Below are positions 25,226 through 38,106 of a stretch of 64,000 bases of DNA, one piece after another; positions within the stretch are counted from its first letter, which is position 1; each line of letters starts with the position of its first letter. Under the pieces are notes generated by a model that was not told the origin of the DNA, did no database searches, and was given only the letters and a program-made list of their open reading frames with translations. The stretch lies in the NCBI GenBank assembly GCA_002269645.1, contig NIVC01000487.1, positions 124,001 through 188,000 on the forward strand. The letters run 5' to 3'. Position numbers and translations under genes: made by a program. The DNA is from Macrostomum lignano. Its lineage: Eukaryota.

Positions 25226-25394
25226 ATAATGCAACCGTTTTGCATCAAGTTTAACCGCATTCACTAATACAGACACACTTTTTAAAAATTTATTGCTGCT
25301 TTTTAACAGCTACTGAAAGTAGAATGACAAGAAAAGTTATGGCTAAAATGGGAGTAAATGAAGCATCTATGTTTTCTTCTATCTCCCAAACCCT

Positions 25395-25665
25395 TTTCCC
25401 TGCTGTCTCCCAACACCCTGTTCCCCGCTGTCTCCCAACACCCTGTTCTCTGCTGTCTCCCAACACCCTGTTCCCTGTTGTCTCCCAACACCCTGTTCCC
25501 TGCTGTCTCCCAACACCCTGTTCCCTGCTGTCTCCCAACACCCTGTTCCCTGCTGTCTCCCAACACCCTGTTCGCTGCTGTCTCCCAACACCCTGTTCCC
25601 TGCTGTCTCCCAACACCCTGTTCGCTGCTGTCTCCCAACACCCTGTTCCCTGGTGTCTCCCAACA
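25395..25665. repeat. Minisatellite, 25-bp unit TGCTGTCTCCCAACACCCTGTTCCC
   Basis: About 11 copies. Confidence 0.93.
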
Positions 25666-26324
25666 ATCGTTTTCCTGTCTTCAATCCAAAAAGTTTAAAT
25701 ATTTTTCAGCTGAGTGACGCCAAGAAATACCCGTTGCTATGCTTCTTATTCTAATCCAAGTATACCGAGAAGAAAGAGTAGAAGATAATAAACAAAGATT
25801 TACCTTCCGCTCCTATCCAAGAAATACAGCCCGGAAGTCGGAGCCGATTTGGCCCCGAGGACTGCATGACACAATAAAACAGCCAATGGAGTAATTCAAA
25901 TTTATGTCACACGCCCTAGCCTCTATACAAATGAGATCGATAAGGGAAGTTCTCCCAGTTTGCCGCCAAGACCACGTCAGCGTCAAGGGGGGAGGGGGGC
26001 AAGTCAAGCAGCCGCCCACTGCAACAGGAAGTTTCAGAGAGGACAATTTATCTCTTTTAACGGAATCCGCATTTGGTAGCGAGCATTTCTAGGCTTCCGG
26101 TAAGCGTTTCTTTACTGTCAGCAAGCCCCACCAAGGGCATCTGAAACGCGAGGCCACTTTTGCAAGATCGAGATTTCAGATCGCCTAAAGATTATTTTTT
26201 TTCATTTTTCAACGCAAATGCTTTTGGCGTTAACGGAATTCAAAAGTGTATTGACAATTGACATTGTTGACGTTGCGGCGTTATGAAAGTGGATGGTTAA
26301 AACTTTTGGGCGATGTTAAATTTT

Positions 26325-26615
26325 ATGTCTTGTGGAATTTAGGTCTTGTGGAATTTAGGTCTTGTGGTATTTAGGTCTTTTGGAATTTAGGTCATGTGGA
26401 ATTTAGATCTTGTGAACTTTAGGTCTTTTGGAATTTAGGTCTTGTGGAATTTAGGTCTTGTGGAATTTAGGTTTTGTAGAATTTAGGTCCTGTGAAATTT
26501 AAGTCTGTAAAGTTAAGGTTTTGTAAAATTTAGGTTTTTGGAAATAAAGGTATTGTGAAATTTAGGTCTTGTGGAATCTAGATCCTGTGAAATTTAGGTC
26601 CTGTGAAAGCGGCCG
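26325..26615 (-). mobile_element. Single arm of a foldback-like element; 16-bp unit TTAGGTCTTGTGGAAT
   Basis: The array ends in a terminus whose reverse complement, CGGCCGCTTTCACAGGACCTAAAT, resembles GGGTTGCTTTCACAAATGCGAAAT at 42052. Confidence 0.45.
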
Positions 26616-27507
26616 TTTGAAATACACAAACGTACATTATGCCCAATCAAAACTAACGCAGTTTGTTAGAATTTCACACAGTTTTTGTCATTTTTGCTAA
26701 AACTACTCATATCATAACTTCGATTCTCCAAACTCGTCTTTCTAGTAAAATTTGATACAGAAACTACCGGGCCCTGCTAATCTGTGAATTGATTTTTGCG
26801 TCAGCCTCAATTGGTCCGTTCGAATGTGTGGGTTTTGGAGATGGAGTTTGGCAATACCAGATCTTAGTTTTAGAAATCCTTGGCTTGGAGTCATGACGCT
26901 AGTAGCTTATAACAAACCTAGATATTGAGAAATGACGCCGACACCCGCCTAATCTGCCTGTTCCACTAAAAAGCTGCATTCAGCCTTATCATGTATGAAA
27001 ATGGGGCTTTAGGAAAGACTCACCACTACCTTTCTGGTTTTTTGACGGTGGCGGGGAGGGGGGCTGCTTCCAAACCACCCCGGAAGCTTGAGCACTCCGA
27101 TTCGTATAACCTCGGGAGTATAAACTCGGGCTGCTAAAATCCCCTGCATGAGCTGAGAGAGAATGTCTCACTTCTGCTCCAAGGTAGTTGGCCGCATTGG
27201 CTTGCTTTTGATTGCTGCTCTTGAGAGCCCCGGCTCAGGCGCCTGCTTTTCCTCTTCTTTTGTCAGCTTTTTGTTCTAAAGCTTGGAAAGCAGCCAGACG
27301 AGGCTCTGGAGAAGCGATCAAAGCCAGGCCGGGCCGCAGGCTGCTTTACCGAGGAGGGTGAGTGGCCCCCTGACCCTGGTGGACTGCTGACTAGCCCAGA
27401 AGCCAGCTGATAGCAGCACCGTGAGCCGAGCTAGCAATTCCTTACGATTCTCGATCCTCTATGCTAAACTGGCAATAAACCATTCGGTTTTTAAACTCCC
27501 AGCACAT

Positions 27508-28741
27508 AGATTAGCAATCCATCTGAGTCCTCAATCATGGAACCTAGACTAGCAATCCATCTGAGTCCTGAATCATGGAACCTAGACTAGCAATCCATTT
27601 GAGTCCTCAATCATGGAAGCTAGACTAGCAATCCATTTGAGTCTTCAATCATGGAAGCTAGACTAGCAATCCATTTGAGTCCTCAATCATGGAAGCTAGA
27701 CTAGCAATCCATTTGAGTCCTCAATCATGGAAGCTAGACTAGCAATCCATTTGAGTCCTCAATCATGGAAGCTAGACTAGCAATCCATTTGAGTCCTGAA
27801 TCATGGAAGCTAGACTAGCAATCCATTTGAGTCCTCAATCATGGAAGCTAGACTAGCAATCCATTTGAGTCCTCAATCATGGAAGCTAGACTAGCAATCC
27901 ATTTGAGTCCTCAATCATGGAAGCTAGACTAGCAATCCATTTGAGTCCTCAATCATGGAAGCTAGACTAGCAATCCATTTGAGTCCTCAATCATGGAAGC
28001 TAGACTAGCAATCCATTTGAGTCCTCAATCATGGAAGCTAGACTAGCAATCCATTTGAGTCCTCAATCATGGAAGCTAGACTAGCAATCCATTTGAGTCC
28101 TCAATCATGGAAGCTAGACTAGCAATCCATTTGAGTCCTCAATCATGGAAGCTAGACTAGCAATCCATTTGAGTCCTGAATCATGGAAGCTAGACTAGCA
28201 ATCCATTTGAGTCCTGAATCATGGAAGCTAGACTAGCAATCCATTTGAGTCCTGAATCATGGAAGCTAGACTAGCAATCCATTTGAGTCCTGAATCATGG
28301 AAGCTAGACTAGCAATCCATTTGAGTCCTCAATCATGGAAGCTAGACTAGCAATCCATTTGAGTCCTCAATCATGGAAGCTAGACTAGCAATCCATTTGA
28401 GTCCTCAATCATGGAAGCTAGACTAGCAATCCATTTGAGTCCTCAATCATGGAAGCTAGACTAGCAATCCATTTGAGTCCTCAATCATGGAAGCTAGACT
28501 AGCAATCCATTTGAGTCCTCAATCATGGAAGCTAGACTAGCAATCCATTTGAGTCCTCAATCATGGAAGCTAGACTAGCAATCCATTTGAGTCCTCAATC
28601 ATGGAAGCTAGACTAGCAATCCATTTGAGTCCTCAATCATGGAAGCTAGACTAGCAATCCATTTGAGTCCTCAATCATGGAAGCTAGACTAGCAATCCAT
28701 TTGAGTCCTCAATCATGGAAGCTAGACTAGCAATCCATTTA
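27508..28741. repeat. Highly homogeneous minisatellite, 38-bp unit CTAGCAATCCATTTGAGTCCT(C/G)AATCATGGAAGCTAGA
   Basis: About 32 near-identical copies without spacers. Confidence 0.97.
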
Positions 28742-29169
28742 AGATCATAGCTAGCAATTTACTGTAATGTAGTGTTTTTTAATATTGAAATAATATTGAA
28801 AAATTGATTAAATAAAGTTTTACAGATTTTTTTTAATGTTTTACATCGCGTTTCAGTAAAAAAACGGTCAGTTAAGTTTTGAATACTGTACATTCAGCCT
28901 TGATTGCGTAAACCAACTGTTTGATTTTTAATCGTTCAAGAAACAAAACTTCTTCGCTGATAAGATACGAGTATCGCCAAAATGTTCAACAGATAATTAG
29001 CTCTATGCACCCACAGCGCTGCTGGGTGCTGTTAAAAGGGGGTCACACGCGTGCGTACAATTCTAGATGTACATTCTTGCCTAGAAAAACAGACCTCGCT
29101 CATACAGTATAAACGTTAGCTCGAGGGCCCAGCCCAGAGCAGCTTGGGTAGAAGAGAACTCGGTCCATT

Positions 29170-32100
29170 ATGAGCAGCCTAGCAGTTCTAGCAGCTCTAG
29201 TGGAGCTGGCAGTGAAAGCGGCGGCCACGATGCTGTTTCTACTCGCTGCCGTGCGAGTCTGGTATGACGGCCCGCTGGCCTTCCTGCTGGACACCCTGCG
29301 ACGGGTGCCCGCTGTGCAGAGGGCCATCACGGCCAGCCTGCGGCACCAGGCCGGTCGCGTCATCACCGACGATCTGAAAATCAGCGCCGGCTCGCCGCCG
29401 GTGGCCATTCCGGACAAGGGTGAGGGGGGCGCCCCGATGAGCGGCCTGGAGAGTTTTCCTCCCCAGCTCTGGGTTCCCTTCATACTCAAGGGAGATCGTA
29501 CTCTCTTTCCTCTCCTCTCCTCTCCTCTCCTCCCCTCTCCTCTCCTCTCCTCTCCTCTCCTCTCCTCTCCTCTCCTCTCCTCTCCTCCCCTCTCCTCCCC
29601 TCTCCTCTCCTCCCCTCCTCTCCTCTCCTCTCCTCTCCTCTCCTCTCCTCTCCTCTCCTCTCCTCTCCTCTCCTCTCCTCTCCTCTCCTCTCCTCTCCTC
29701 TCCTCTCCTCTCCTCTCCTCTCCTCTCCTCTCCTCTCCTCTCCTCTCCTCTCCTCTCCTCTCCTCTCCTCTCCTCTCCTCTCCTCTCCTCTCCTCTCCTC
29801 TCCCTTCTCTGTCTTCTCTCTCCTCTCCTCTCCTCTCCTTCTCTCTCCACTCCTCTCCTCTCCCTTCTCTGTCTTCTCTCTCCTCTCCTCTCCTCTCCTT
29901 CTCTCTCCACTCCTCTCCTCTCCCTTCTCTGTCTTCTCTCTCCTCTCCTCTCCTCTCCTTCTCTCTCCACTCCTCTCCTCTCCCTTCTCTGTCTTCTCTC
30001 TCCTCTCCTCTCCTCTCCTCTCCTCTCCTTCTCTCTCCTCTCCTCTCCTTCTCTCTCCTCTCCTCTCCTTCTCTCTCCTCTCCTCTCCTTCTCTCTCCTC
30101 TCCTCTCCTTCTCTCTCCTCTCCTCTCCTTCTCTCTCCTCTCCTCTCCTTCTCTCTCCTCTCCTCTCCTTCTCTCTCCTCTCCTCTCCTTCTCTCTCTCC
30201 TCTCCTCTCCTCTCCTCTTCTCTCCTCTCTCCTCTCCTCTTCGCTTCTTTCCTCTCTACCCTAACCAACCCCATGCAACATCCCCTCACACCAGGCGAAG
30301 ACCCGCAGCAGCTTCTCGAACAGATTGAGACGCTTCGCACGCACAAAACCGACCAGATGTTTGCCTACGTGTATTCGGAAGCCGCAGAGGTCCTTGGCCA
30401 CGCTCTGGCCAAAGCGCAAGAGCGGGCGGCGCTTGATTTCGTTTCTAACGATGCTTCGGAGCTCGATGGAGGCTTGTCAGCCGAGCAGCGCCACCTGGTG
30501 GCCGAGTACATGCGGGCGTTTATGCACGAGAATGCGCTCAATCCGACCTTGTTCGTCGCGCTGCGCCGATTCGAAGTCGAACTCGTCCAGATGACCGCCG
30601 CCATGCTGAACGCTGGTCCGGCCGCTCGGGGTAACGTCACCTCGGGCGGCACCGAGAGCGTCCTGATGGCCGTAAAGACCTACAGGGATCTCGCCAGGGC
30701 GCGGATGCCCGGCAGTGTTGGCACGCCAAATATTGTGAGCAATTTTTGCGGGGATGGAGAAGTTTATGACCCGCACTGCCTATCCTATGTCCAACACTGT
30801 CTATGACCCACACTGTCTATGACCCATACTGTCTATGACCCATACTGTCCATGACCAACACTGTCTATGACCCACACTGTCCATGACCAACACTGTCTAT
30901 GACCCACACTGTCTCTGACCCACACTGTCTCTGACCCACACAGTATATGACCAACAATGTCTATGACCCACACTGTCTATGACCCACACAGTATATGACC
31001 AACAATGTCTATGACCCACACTGTCTATGACCCACACAGATTATAACCCAAGCCGTCTACTTTTGTCTACCTTTGTGCAGGTAGCTGCTGTCACAGTGCA
31101 TCCAGCATTTAACAAGGCGGCGCACTATTTCGGCTTGACAATGACCCTGGTGCCGGTGGATCCCGTCAGCCAGACGGTTGATCCTGCAGCCCTACGCGCG
31201 GCAGTGACATCCGACACGGTCCTGTTGGTTGCCTCGGCGCCGCAGTACTGCCACGGTATCGTCGATCCTGTCGAAGAATATGGCCGTGTGGCGCGAGAGT
31301 TCGGCTTGCCGTTACACGTCGATGCCTGCTTCGGCGGCTTCATGCTGCCCTGGTGAGAACTATTGGACTTGTGGCTGTACTTAAGATGTACTTTGCGCCT
31401 AGTGGGCATTGGTTTGCCTTATATAAGCATCTAGTTAAATGTTGACAATTACAGCTAGGGAAGTGAGGGCTAGGCAGGAGTGAGGTGGGTGGCAATGAGA
31501 GTGGGGGAATGGGGCTAGGCAGGAGTGAGGTGGGTGGTAATCAGATTGGGGGAATGGGGCTAGGCAGGAGTGAGGTGGGTGGCAATCAGATTGGGGGAAT
31601 GGGGCTAGGTGGGAGTGAGGTGGGTGGCAATCAGATTGGGGGGGTGCGGCTAGGCGGGAGGGAGGTGGGTGGCAATCAGATTGGGGGAATGAGGCTAGAC
31701 GGGAATCTTAGGCCAGCCAATCAGGATCGAGAAAAAGTCAAGAGACGAAAAGGCACCATCTGATTGTCGAACTGGCAGGGTGGAGAAACTGGGTTACTCT
31801 GTGCCGGCGTTTGACTTTCGCGTACCCGAAGTGACCTCCGTGTCAGCCGACCTTCACAAGTATGGCTTTGCGCCAAAGGTGAGGAAGACTAAAGAGTTGA
31901 TTTGAGTTTTGAGTATTGCTTCTTTGATAAACCTTGCAATTTATTTGACCCTCTCTGTTAAACCCACAGGGCGCCAGCGTGATTGTGTACCGCACGGGCG
32001 GGTTGCGCAAGCACCAGCTCTACGCCTACTCTGGCTGGCCCGGCGGCCTTTTCGGCTCGCCAACCATGGCGGGCACGAGGCCAGGGGGCTACCTGGCCAC

Positions 32101-33306
32101 CGCCTGGGTCACCCTGCGCACCATGGGCCAGGAGGGCTTCCTGCGCATTGCCGGCGACCTCATGGACCTCACCAAGTTCTGGACTGAAGAGATTCGGGCT
32201 ACAGGGGTGAGCTACGGTGAAAAAAAGTTAAGTATTCCTACTCATAGTAGTTAATCACTATTTTTTCGAAACTGCACAAACTAACCAGGCGCTAAAAATC
32301 GTTGGCTCGCCGCAAATGACCTGCTTTGCCATCACCTCGAACAACCCCGCCGTGAACGTCTTCGTTCTGGCCGACCTCTTGGAGGACAAGGGTGAGTTGG
32401 ACCAGCTTGTAAGTCTGTTGAGCTCTCAGACACATCAGACACAACATTGTCTAACCCGACAAAACACACAGGTTGGAAAATGGAGCGGGAGTCGAACCCG
32501 GACTGTCTGCACGTGACGGTGCTGCCGCAGCATCTGGCCAGGCGGGACGACTTTGTCACCGACATCCGCGCCTGCGTTGACTGGATTCTGGTGAGTGCCG
32601 TGGCGCTGGGTGGGGTGACTGCTCACTGCTGCCATCTCATACCTCTGAGACTCTCATCTCTGACACTCTCACCTCTGACACTCTCACCACCTCTGACACT
32701 CTCACCACCTCTGACACTCTCACCACCTCTGACACTCTCACCTCTGACACTCTCACCACCTCTGACACTCTCACCACCTCTGACACTCTCACCACCTCTG
32801 ACACTCTCACCTCTGACACTCTCACCTCTGACACTCTCACCACCTCTGACACTCTCACCTCTGACACTCTCACCTCTGACACTCTCACCACCTCTGACAC
32901 TCTCACCACCTCTGACACTCTCACCTCTGACACTCTCACCTCTGACACTCTCACCACCTCTGACACTCTGACCTTTGACACTCTCACCACCTCTGACACT
33001 CTCACCTCTGACACATTCTCACTCTCACTGTAAACTCCCTAAATTTTCGACCTCTGCTAATTTTTTAATTGGCCTCCTCAAATAGATTCTTTTAAATATC
33101 TATAGTTGACTTATAGATACTACTAACTAGCTCGTAGCAGAATTTCAGTAGCAAGCAGGACATTTTCCTCGCTAAAAAACTCACCGCAGACGGAGAAAAT
33201 CAAGCCCAAGGGCATGGCCGCTGTGTACGGCATGGTGGCCCGGGTGCCAGCCAAGGAGCTCATTGACGAGTTCCTGCTGGAGTTCTTCAATCAGATCTAC
33301 TCATAA
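29170..33306 (+). CDS. SGPL1: Sphingosine-1-phosphate lyase-like PLP-dependent enzyme (545 aa); join(29170..29419,30295..30734,31081..31352,31779..31878,31970..32206,32289..32391,32472..32590,33190..33306)
   Basis: Eight exons with GT-AG introns, phases consistent, 1638 nt in total. Family motifs: [54 protein letters not shown] (PLP lysine), [20 protein letters not shown]-terminal hydrophobic anchor; AATAAA at 33408. Orthology to canonical SGPL1 is uncertain. Confidence 0.9.
29500..30260. repeat. (CTCTC)n-type simple repeat in SGPL1-like intron 1
   Basis: Pure pyrimidine pentamer tract. Confidence 0.95.
30775..31040. repeat. Intronic minisatellite, 16-bp unit GACCCACACTGTCTAT (intron 2)
   Basis: About 16 copies. 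Confidence 0.93.
31455..31700. repeat. Intronic G-rich minisatellite, 45-bp unit (intron 3)
   Basis: GGGGCTAGGCAGGAGTGAGGTGGGTGGCAATCAGATTGGGGGAAT, about 5 copies. Confidence 0.9.
32645..33025. repeat. Intronic minisatellite, 15/18-bp unit CTGACACTCTCAC(CAC)CT (intron 7)
   Basis: Mixed 15- and 18-bp units. Confidence 0.93.
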
Positions 33307-33579
33307 ACTGCCGACTCCCGTCAGTAACAACCAAATGTAGCTAGTTAGTGTCAATTCTACGAGCTATTCAATCACCTGATCTGCTCGCTTCAATGATTGC
33401 TAAATCAAATAAAAAATCAATCTAATTCGACAACCAACTCAACTGAGAATAATTTCACTTGTCGAATGGCGTGTCTTACCTTTGTGACACCCAACCCAGT
33501 ACAGGGACGTCTGGAGAACCCTGGACTGGAAACGGCCAAAGTTTTCAACGTTCGGTTTTTCCTTCGTTTTCTAATAATC

Positions 33580-33870
33580 TAACAAACTTACAAACTAACA
33601 CACTAACTAATAAACAAACTATCAAACTAACTAATAAACAAACTAACTAACTAACAAGCTAACGAACTAGCAAACTAACAAACTAACAAACTAACAAACT
33701 AACAAACTAACAAACTAACTAATAAACAAACTAGCAAACTAGCAAAACTAACAAACTAACAGACTAACAAACTAACAAACTAACAGACTAAAAACCTAAC
33801 TAACAAACTAACAAACTAATAAACTAGCAAACTAACAAACTTAACTAACTAAATAGCGAACTAACTGCAA
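33580..33870. repeat. (ACAAACTA)n-type low-complexity repeat
   Basis: 8-bp/4-bp A,C,T-rich periodicity downstream of the SGPL1-like gene. Confidence 0.9.
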
Positions 33871-34844
33871 ACTGCTATGCACCCAAAGTTTTTGGCTTTA
33901 GATTACCGGCTAGCAACCAGTCCAGAGGAGCTTCCAGAGATCCATGCTTCAATCCAGCACCCCCTAGACCCAACCTGTAGCCTCAGCTGCAGGTTCACTG
34001 CTCAACTCACAAAGATTATGCTCCTGTCGTCATCCATCAGGGCAGGCAATGAAATGGCCTGTCGGATTCTCATTTTGCTGCTCCCATGCACCCAGCCACC
34101 TCCCCTCTCGGATCCCCTGCTTGATTCCGCTCGGTTGCGGATTATCAAGCCAGGTGCGCTCGCCCGCTTGCTTCTCCTTGAGCTCGGTGGCCTCATCAAT
34201 CAGGCCCGATCTGTAAGACAGTTGAGGATAGAAGATCTCGGCCAGAAGAAGTCAGTCAGGCCAGTCAGGGGGAGAAGAAGATATAAAAGACGCTTGGAGC
34301 GAGCTTGTTCCGCTGCAAGCATCTCAGCAGCTTCTATCCTCTTCTCCGCTAGCTAAACCCCGTCTTTCCTGCCTGCAAGCGGGGAGCTGGGCTCATATTT
34401 AGGATAGAGCCGACAAGAGGGTAGCGGGCCGCCCGCTGCCTGCGGGGGAGCATTGGTGATTTATGGGAAAGTGAGAAAATGGGATCTACATAAGGGGGGT
34501 TGGTGGCAGCTGCTCATCGCTTGCCCTTGGCTGTTTCCTCTGGCAGGAGAAGCTTGGCTGAGGCTGGGGGGGGCAAAGTTAATAAACAATTCCGAGTGGA
34601 GCAGGGCTTGTGTGGGGGCAGATGAGGACAGACCACCCCAATGTTGCGGCAATGATGAGGTGAGCAGAAGTGTTGAGTACAGGCTGGTGAAGTTGCTGAG
34701 TGGAAATCGATGCACGTTATCTGGTCGAAAGTGGTCGAAATATACTTTTCCCATGATGATAAACTGTTTCATATGGCGGAGCAATGCCTGATATAAATTA
34801 TTCAGAACAGTAAAATTAGATAGGCCAGTGGTTACGAAATTGCT

Positions 34845-36145
34845 CAGATGATTGATGAATGTTTCAGATAATTGATAAATGTTTCAGGTGTTTGATGAAT
34901 GCTTCAGATGATTGATGAATGTTTCAGATGATTGATAAATGTTTCAGGTGATTGATGAATGCTTCAGATGATTGATAAATGTTTCAGGTGATTGATGAAT
35001 GTTTCAGATGATTGATAAATGTTTCAGGTGATTGATGAACGCTTCAGATGATTGATAAATGTTTCAGGTGATTGATGAATGATTCAGATTATTTATAAAT
35101 GTTTCAGGTGATTGATAAATGTTTCAGATAATTGATAAATGCTTCAGATGATTGATAAATGTTTCAGGTGATTGATAAATGTTTCAGGTGATTGATGAAT
35201 GTTTCAGATGATTGATAAATGCTTCAGATGATTGATAAATGTTTCAGGTGATTGATGAATGCTTCAGATGATTGATGACTGTTTCAGATGATTGATGAAT
35301 GCTTTAGATGATTGATGAATACTTCAGGTGATTGATGAATGCTTCAGATAATTGATAAATGTTTCAGATGATTGATGCCTGTTTCAGATGATTGATGACT
35401 GTTTCAGATGATTGATAAATGTTTCAGGTGATTGATGAATGCTTCAAATGATTGATAAATATTTCAGGTGATTGATGAACGCTTCAGATAATTGATAAAT
35501 GTTTCAGGTGATTGATGAACGCTTCAGATAATTGATAAATGCTTCAGATAATTGATAAATGTTTCAGATGGTTGATAAATGTTTCAGGTGATCGATGAAT
35601 GTTTCAGATGATTGATAAATGCTCAGATGATTGATAAATGTTTCAGGTGATTGATAAATGCTCAGATGATTGATAAATGTTTCAGATAATTGATAAATGC
35701 TTCAGATAATTGATAAATGTTTCAGATGGTTGATGAATGTTTCAGATGATTGATAAATGCTCAGATGATTGATAAATGTTTCAGGTGATTGATAAATGTT
35801 TCAGGTGATTGATGAATTTTTTGATGATTGGTGAATGTTTCAGGTGGCTGTTGTGTGTTTGAGATGATTGTGAATGCTTCAGGCTATTGACAGATGCTTC
35901 CGGTTGTTGGCAAATGCTTCAGGTTATTGGCAAATGCTTCAGGTTATTGGCAAATGCTTCAGGTTATTGGCAAATGCTTCAGGTTATTGGCAAATGCTTC
36001 AGGTTATTGGCAAATGCTTCAGGTTATTGGCAAATGCTTAAGGTTATTGGCAAATGCTTCAGGTTATTGGCAAATGCTTCAGATTATTGGCAAATGCTTC
36101 AGGTTATTGGCAAATGCTTCAGATTATTGGCAAATGCTTCAGATT
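34845..36145. repeat. Two related 20-bp arrays (TGATAAATGTTTCAGGTGAT; TGGCAAATGCTTCAGGTTAT)
   Basis: Arrays at 34845-35845 and 35895-36145 share an AAATG(C/T)TTCAG core. Confidence 0.93.
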
Positions 36146-36869
36146 GGTGTCACAGTCGTTTCCATACTAAAATTTCACAGGTCATATAAGTAAATAACTC
36201 TTTGCCTAACGGTGAGTTCACGGTTTAGTTTTGCACAATCGTCAGCAGTGAAGAAGTTATACAGAGAAAAAATGCAGCATAGAAGTCATTCCATTGAATC
36301 AGAGGAAAGAATTCCTATTCTCTAATTTTCCCACTGTCGCGGAAACTGGGAGGCAGGGAGCAGTTGAGGCCGTATATTGTGTGCACGTGTGAAGGGAAAC
36401 AGAGAGAAATAAGGTGAATTTTATTGACACAGAACTTTGACCCGCCAGCTTGCATTTCTAATTGTTGGTCTAAATGATGGAAATTCACACCAAAGCGAAC
36501 TAAGACTTGCTAGGCATTTCCTAAACCACCATTTTGTCATAGGCAAGCATTAGATCTCTACAAAGATTCAAAGATTCCCATGGTTGGCAACTGGCCTAAT
36601 CAGTCCATAATCAAATGGGATCAAGTCTTTATTGTTCCCATCTGGCGCGTGACCTGACCTCGGACAGCCAACGGCCCAGCTGGGGGGGGGCTCTTTGGCG
36701 TGACCTTCTTTGTAATTTTGACGTTTCTATAAAGCAAAACTGACTGGGGTTGGAGTTTGCCCAAGGAGATTATTTTAAAGCAAAATCTGGAGTGACGAAA
36801 TCTTTAAAGCTTGTTTTTTATCTATTTTTACGACTTATGAGTGGTTAAACTGATCAGAGAGGGCCAGGG

Positions 36870-37765
36870 CCAAAATGAAAGCCAGGGGCGACCAAGAGAA
36901 AGCCAGGGCGCCAAAATGAGAGCCAAGGTGCCAAAATGAGAATCAGAGAGGCCAAAATGAGAGTCCGGGATATGCCAAAATGAGAGTCCGGGATGTGTCA
37001 AAATGAGAGTCAGGGATATGCCAAAATGAGAGTCTGGGATATGCCAAAATGAGAGTCAGGGATATGCCAAAATGAGAGTCCGGGATATGCCAAACTGAGA
37101 GTCAGGGATATACCAAAATGAGAGTCCGGGATGTGTCAAAATGAGAGTCAGGGATATGCCAAAATGAGAGTCAGGGATATGCCAAAATGAGAGTCAGGGA
37201 TATGCCAAAATGAGAGTCCGGGATGTGTCAAAATGAGAGTCAGGGATATGCCAAAATGAGAGTCAGGGATATGCCAAAATGAGAGTCAGGGATATGCCAA
37301 AATGAGAGTCCGGGATATGCCAAAATGAGAGTCAGGGATATGCTAAAATGAGAGACAGGGATATGCTAAAATGAGAGACAGGGATATGCTAAAATGAGAG
37401 ACAGGGATATGCCAAAATGAGAGTCAGGGATATGCCAAAATGGGAGTCCGGGATATGCCTAAATGAGAGTCAGGGATATGCCAAAATGAGAGTCAGGGAT
37501 ATGCCAAAATGAGAGTCCGGGATGTGTCAAAATGAGAGTCAGGGATATGCCAAAATGAGAGTCAGGGATATGCCAAAATGAGAGTCAGGGATATGCCAAA
37601 ATGAGAGTCAGGGATATGCCAAAATGAGAGTCAGGGATATGCTAAAATGAGAGACAGGGATATGCTAAAATGAGAGACAGGGATATGCCAAAATGAGAGT
37701 CAGGGATATGCCAAAATGGGAGTCCGGGATATGCCTAAATGAGAGTCAGGGATATGCCAAAATGA
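36870..37765. repeat. Minisatellite, 23-bp unit CCAAAATGAGAGTCAGGGATATG
   Basis: About 36 copies. Confidence 0.95.
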
Positions 37766-38106
37766 AAGCCTTCCTGAGCCTGACACTGAGACCCCAGATT
37801 TTCCAGTCCATACTCTACTTTAAGGCCTCCTTGGCCTGAATCAGCTTGTCAGCTAGAAACTGCAGCATCGGCCCCACCTGCTGTGCAAAGTTTAAAAGCC
37901 AGTCAACAGCGGTGTATAACAAACAATTCTGACGGGTTTTAACCGCACAGTTTTTTTAACAAAGAGCCGTCACCAACTTTAAAGCAAAGTTTTGTAAAAA
38001 AAATCGGTCTACACCCTGTAAATGATTTTTCACCATTTTTCCGAGTTTTCTACGAAATGAAAGATCTGGTTTATCGGGTTTCCTAGTTTATGAAGCGAGA
38101 CATTGT

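Noticed and set aside
27508-28741. CRISPR-like regular 38-bp repeats (also the 32-bp arrays at 7605 and 9868)
   Set aside because: Units are head-to-tail with no unique spacers, no cas genes are present, and the context is eukaryotic.
33580-33870. Telomere-like repeat
   Set aside because: The unit is ACAAACTA/AACT, not TTAGGG-like, and it is degenerate and interstitial.
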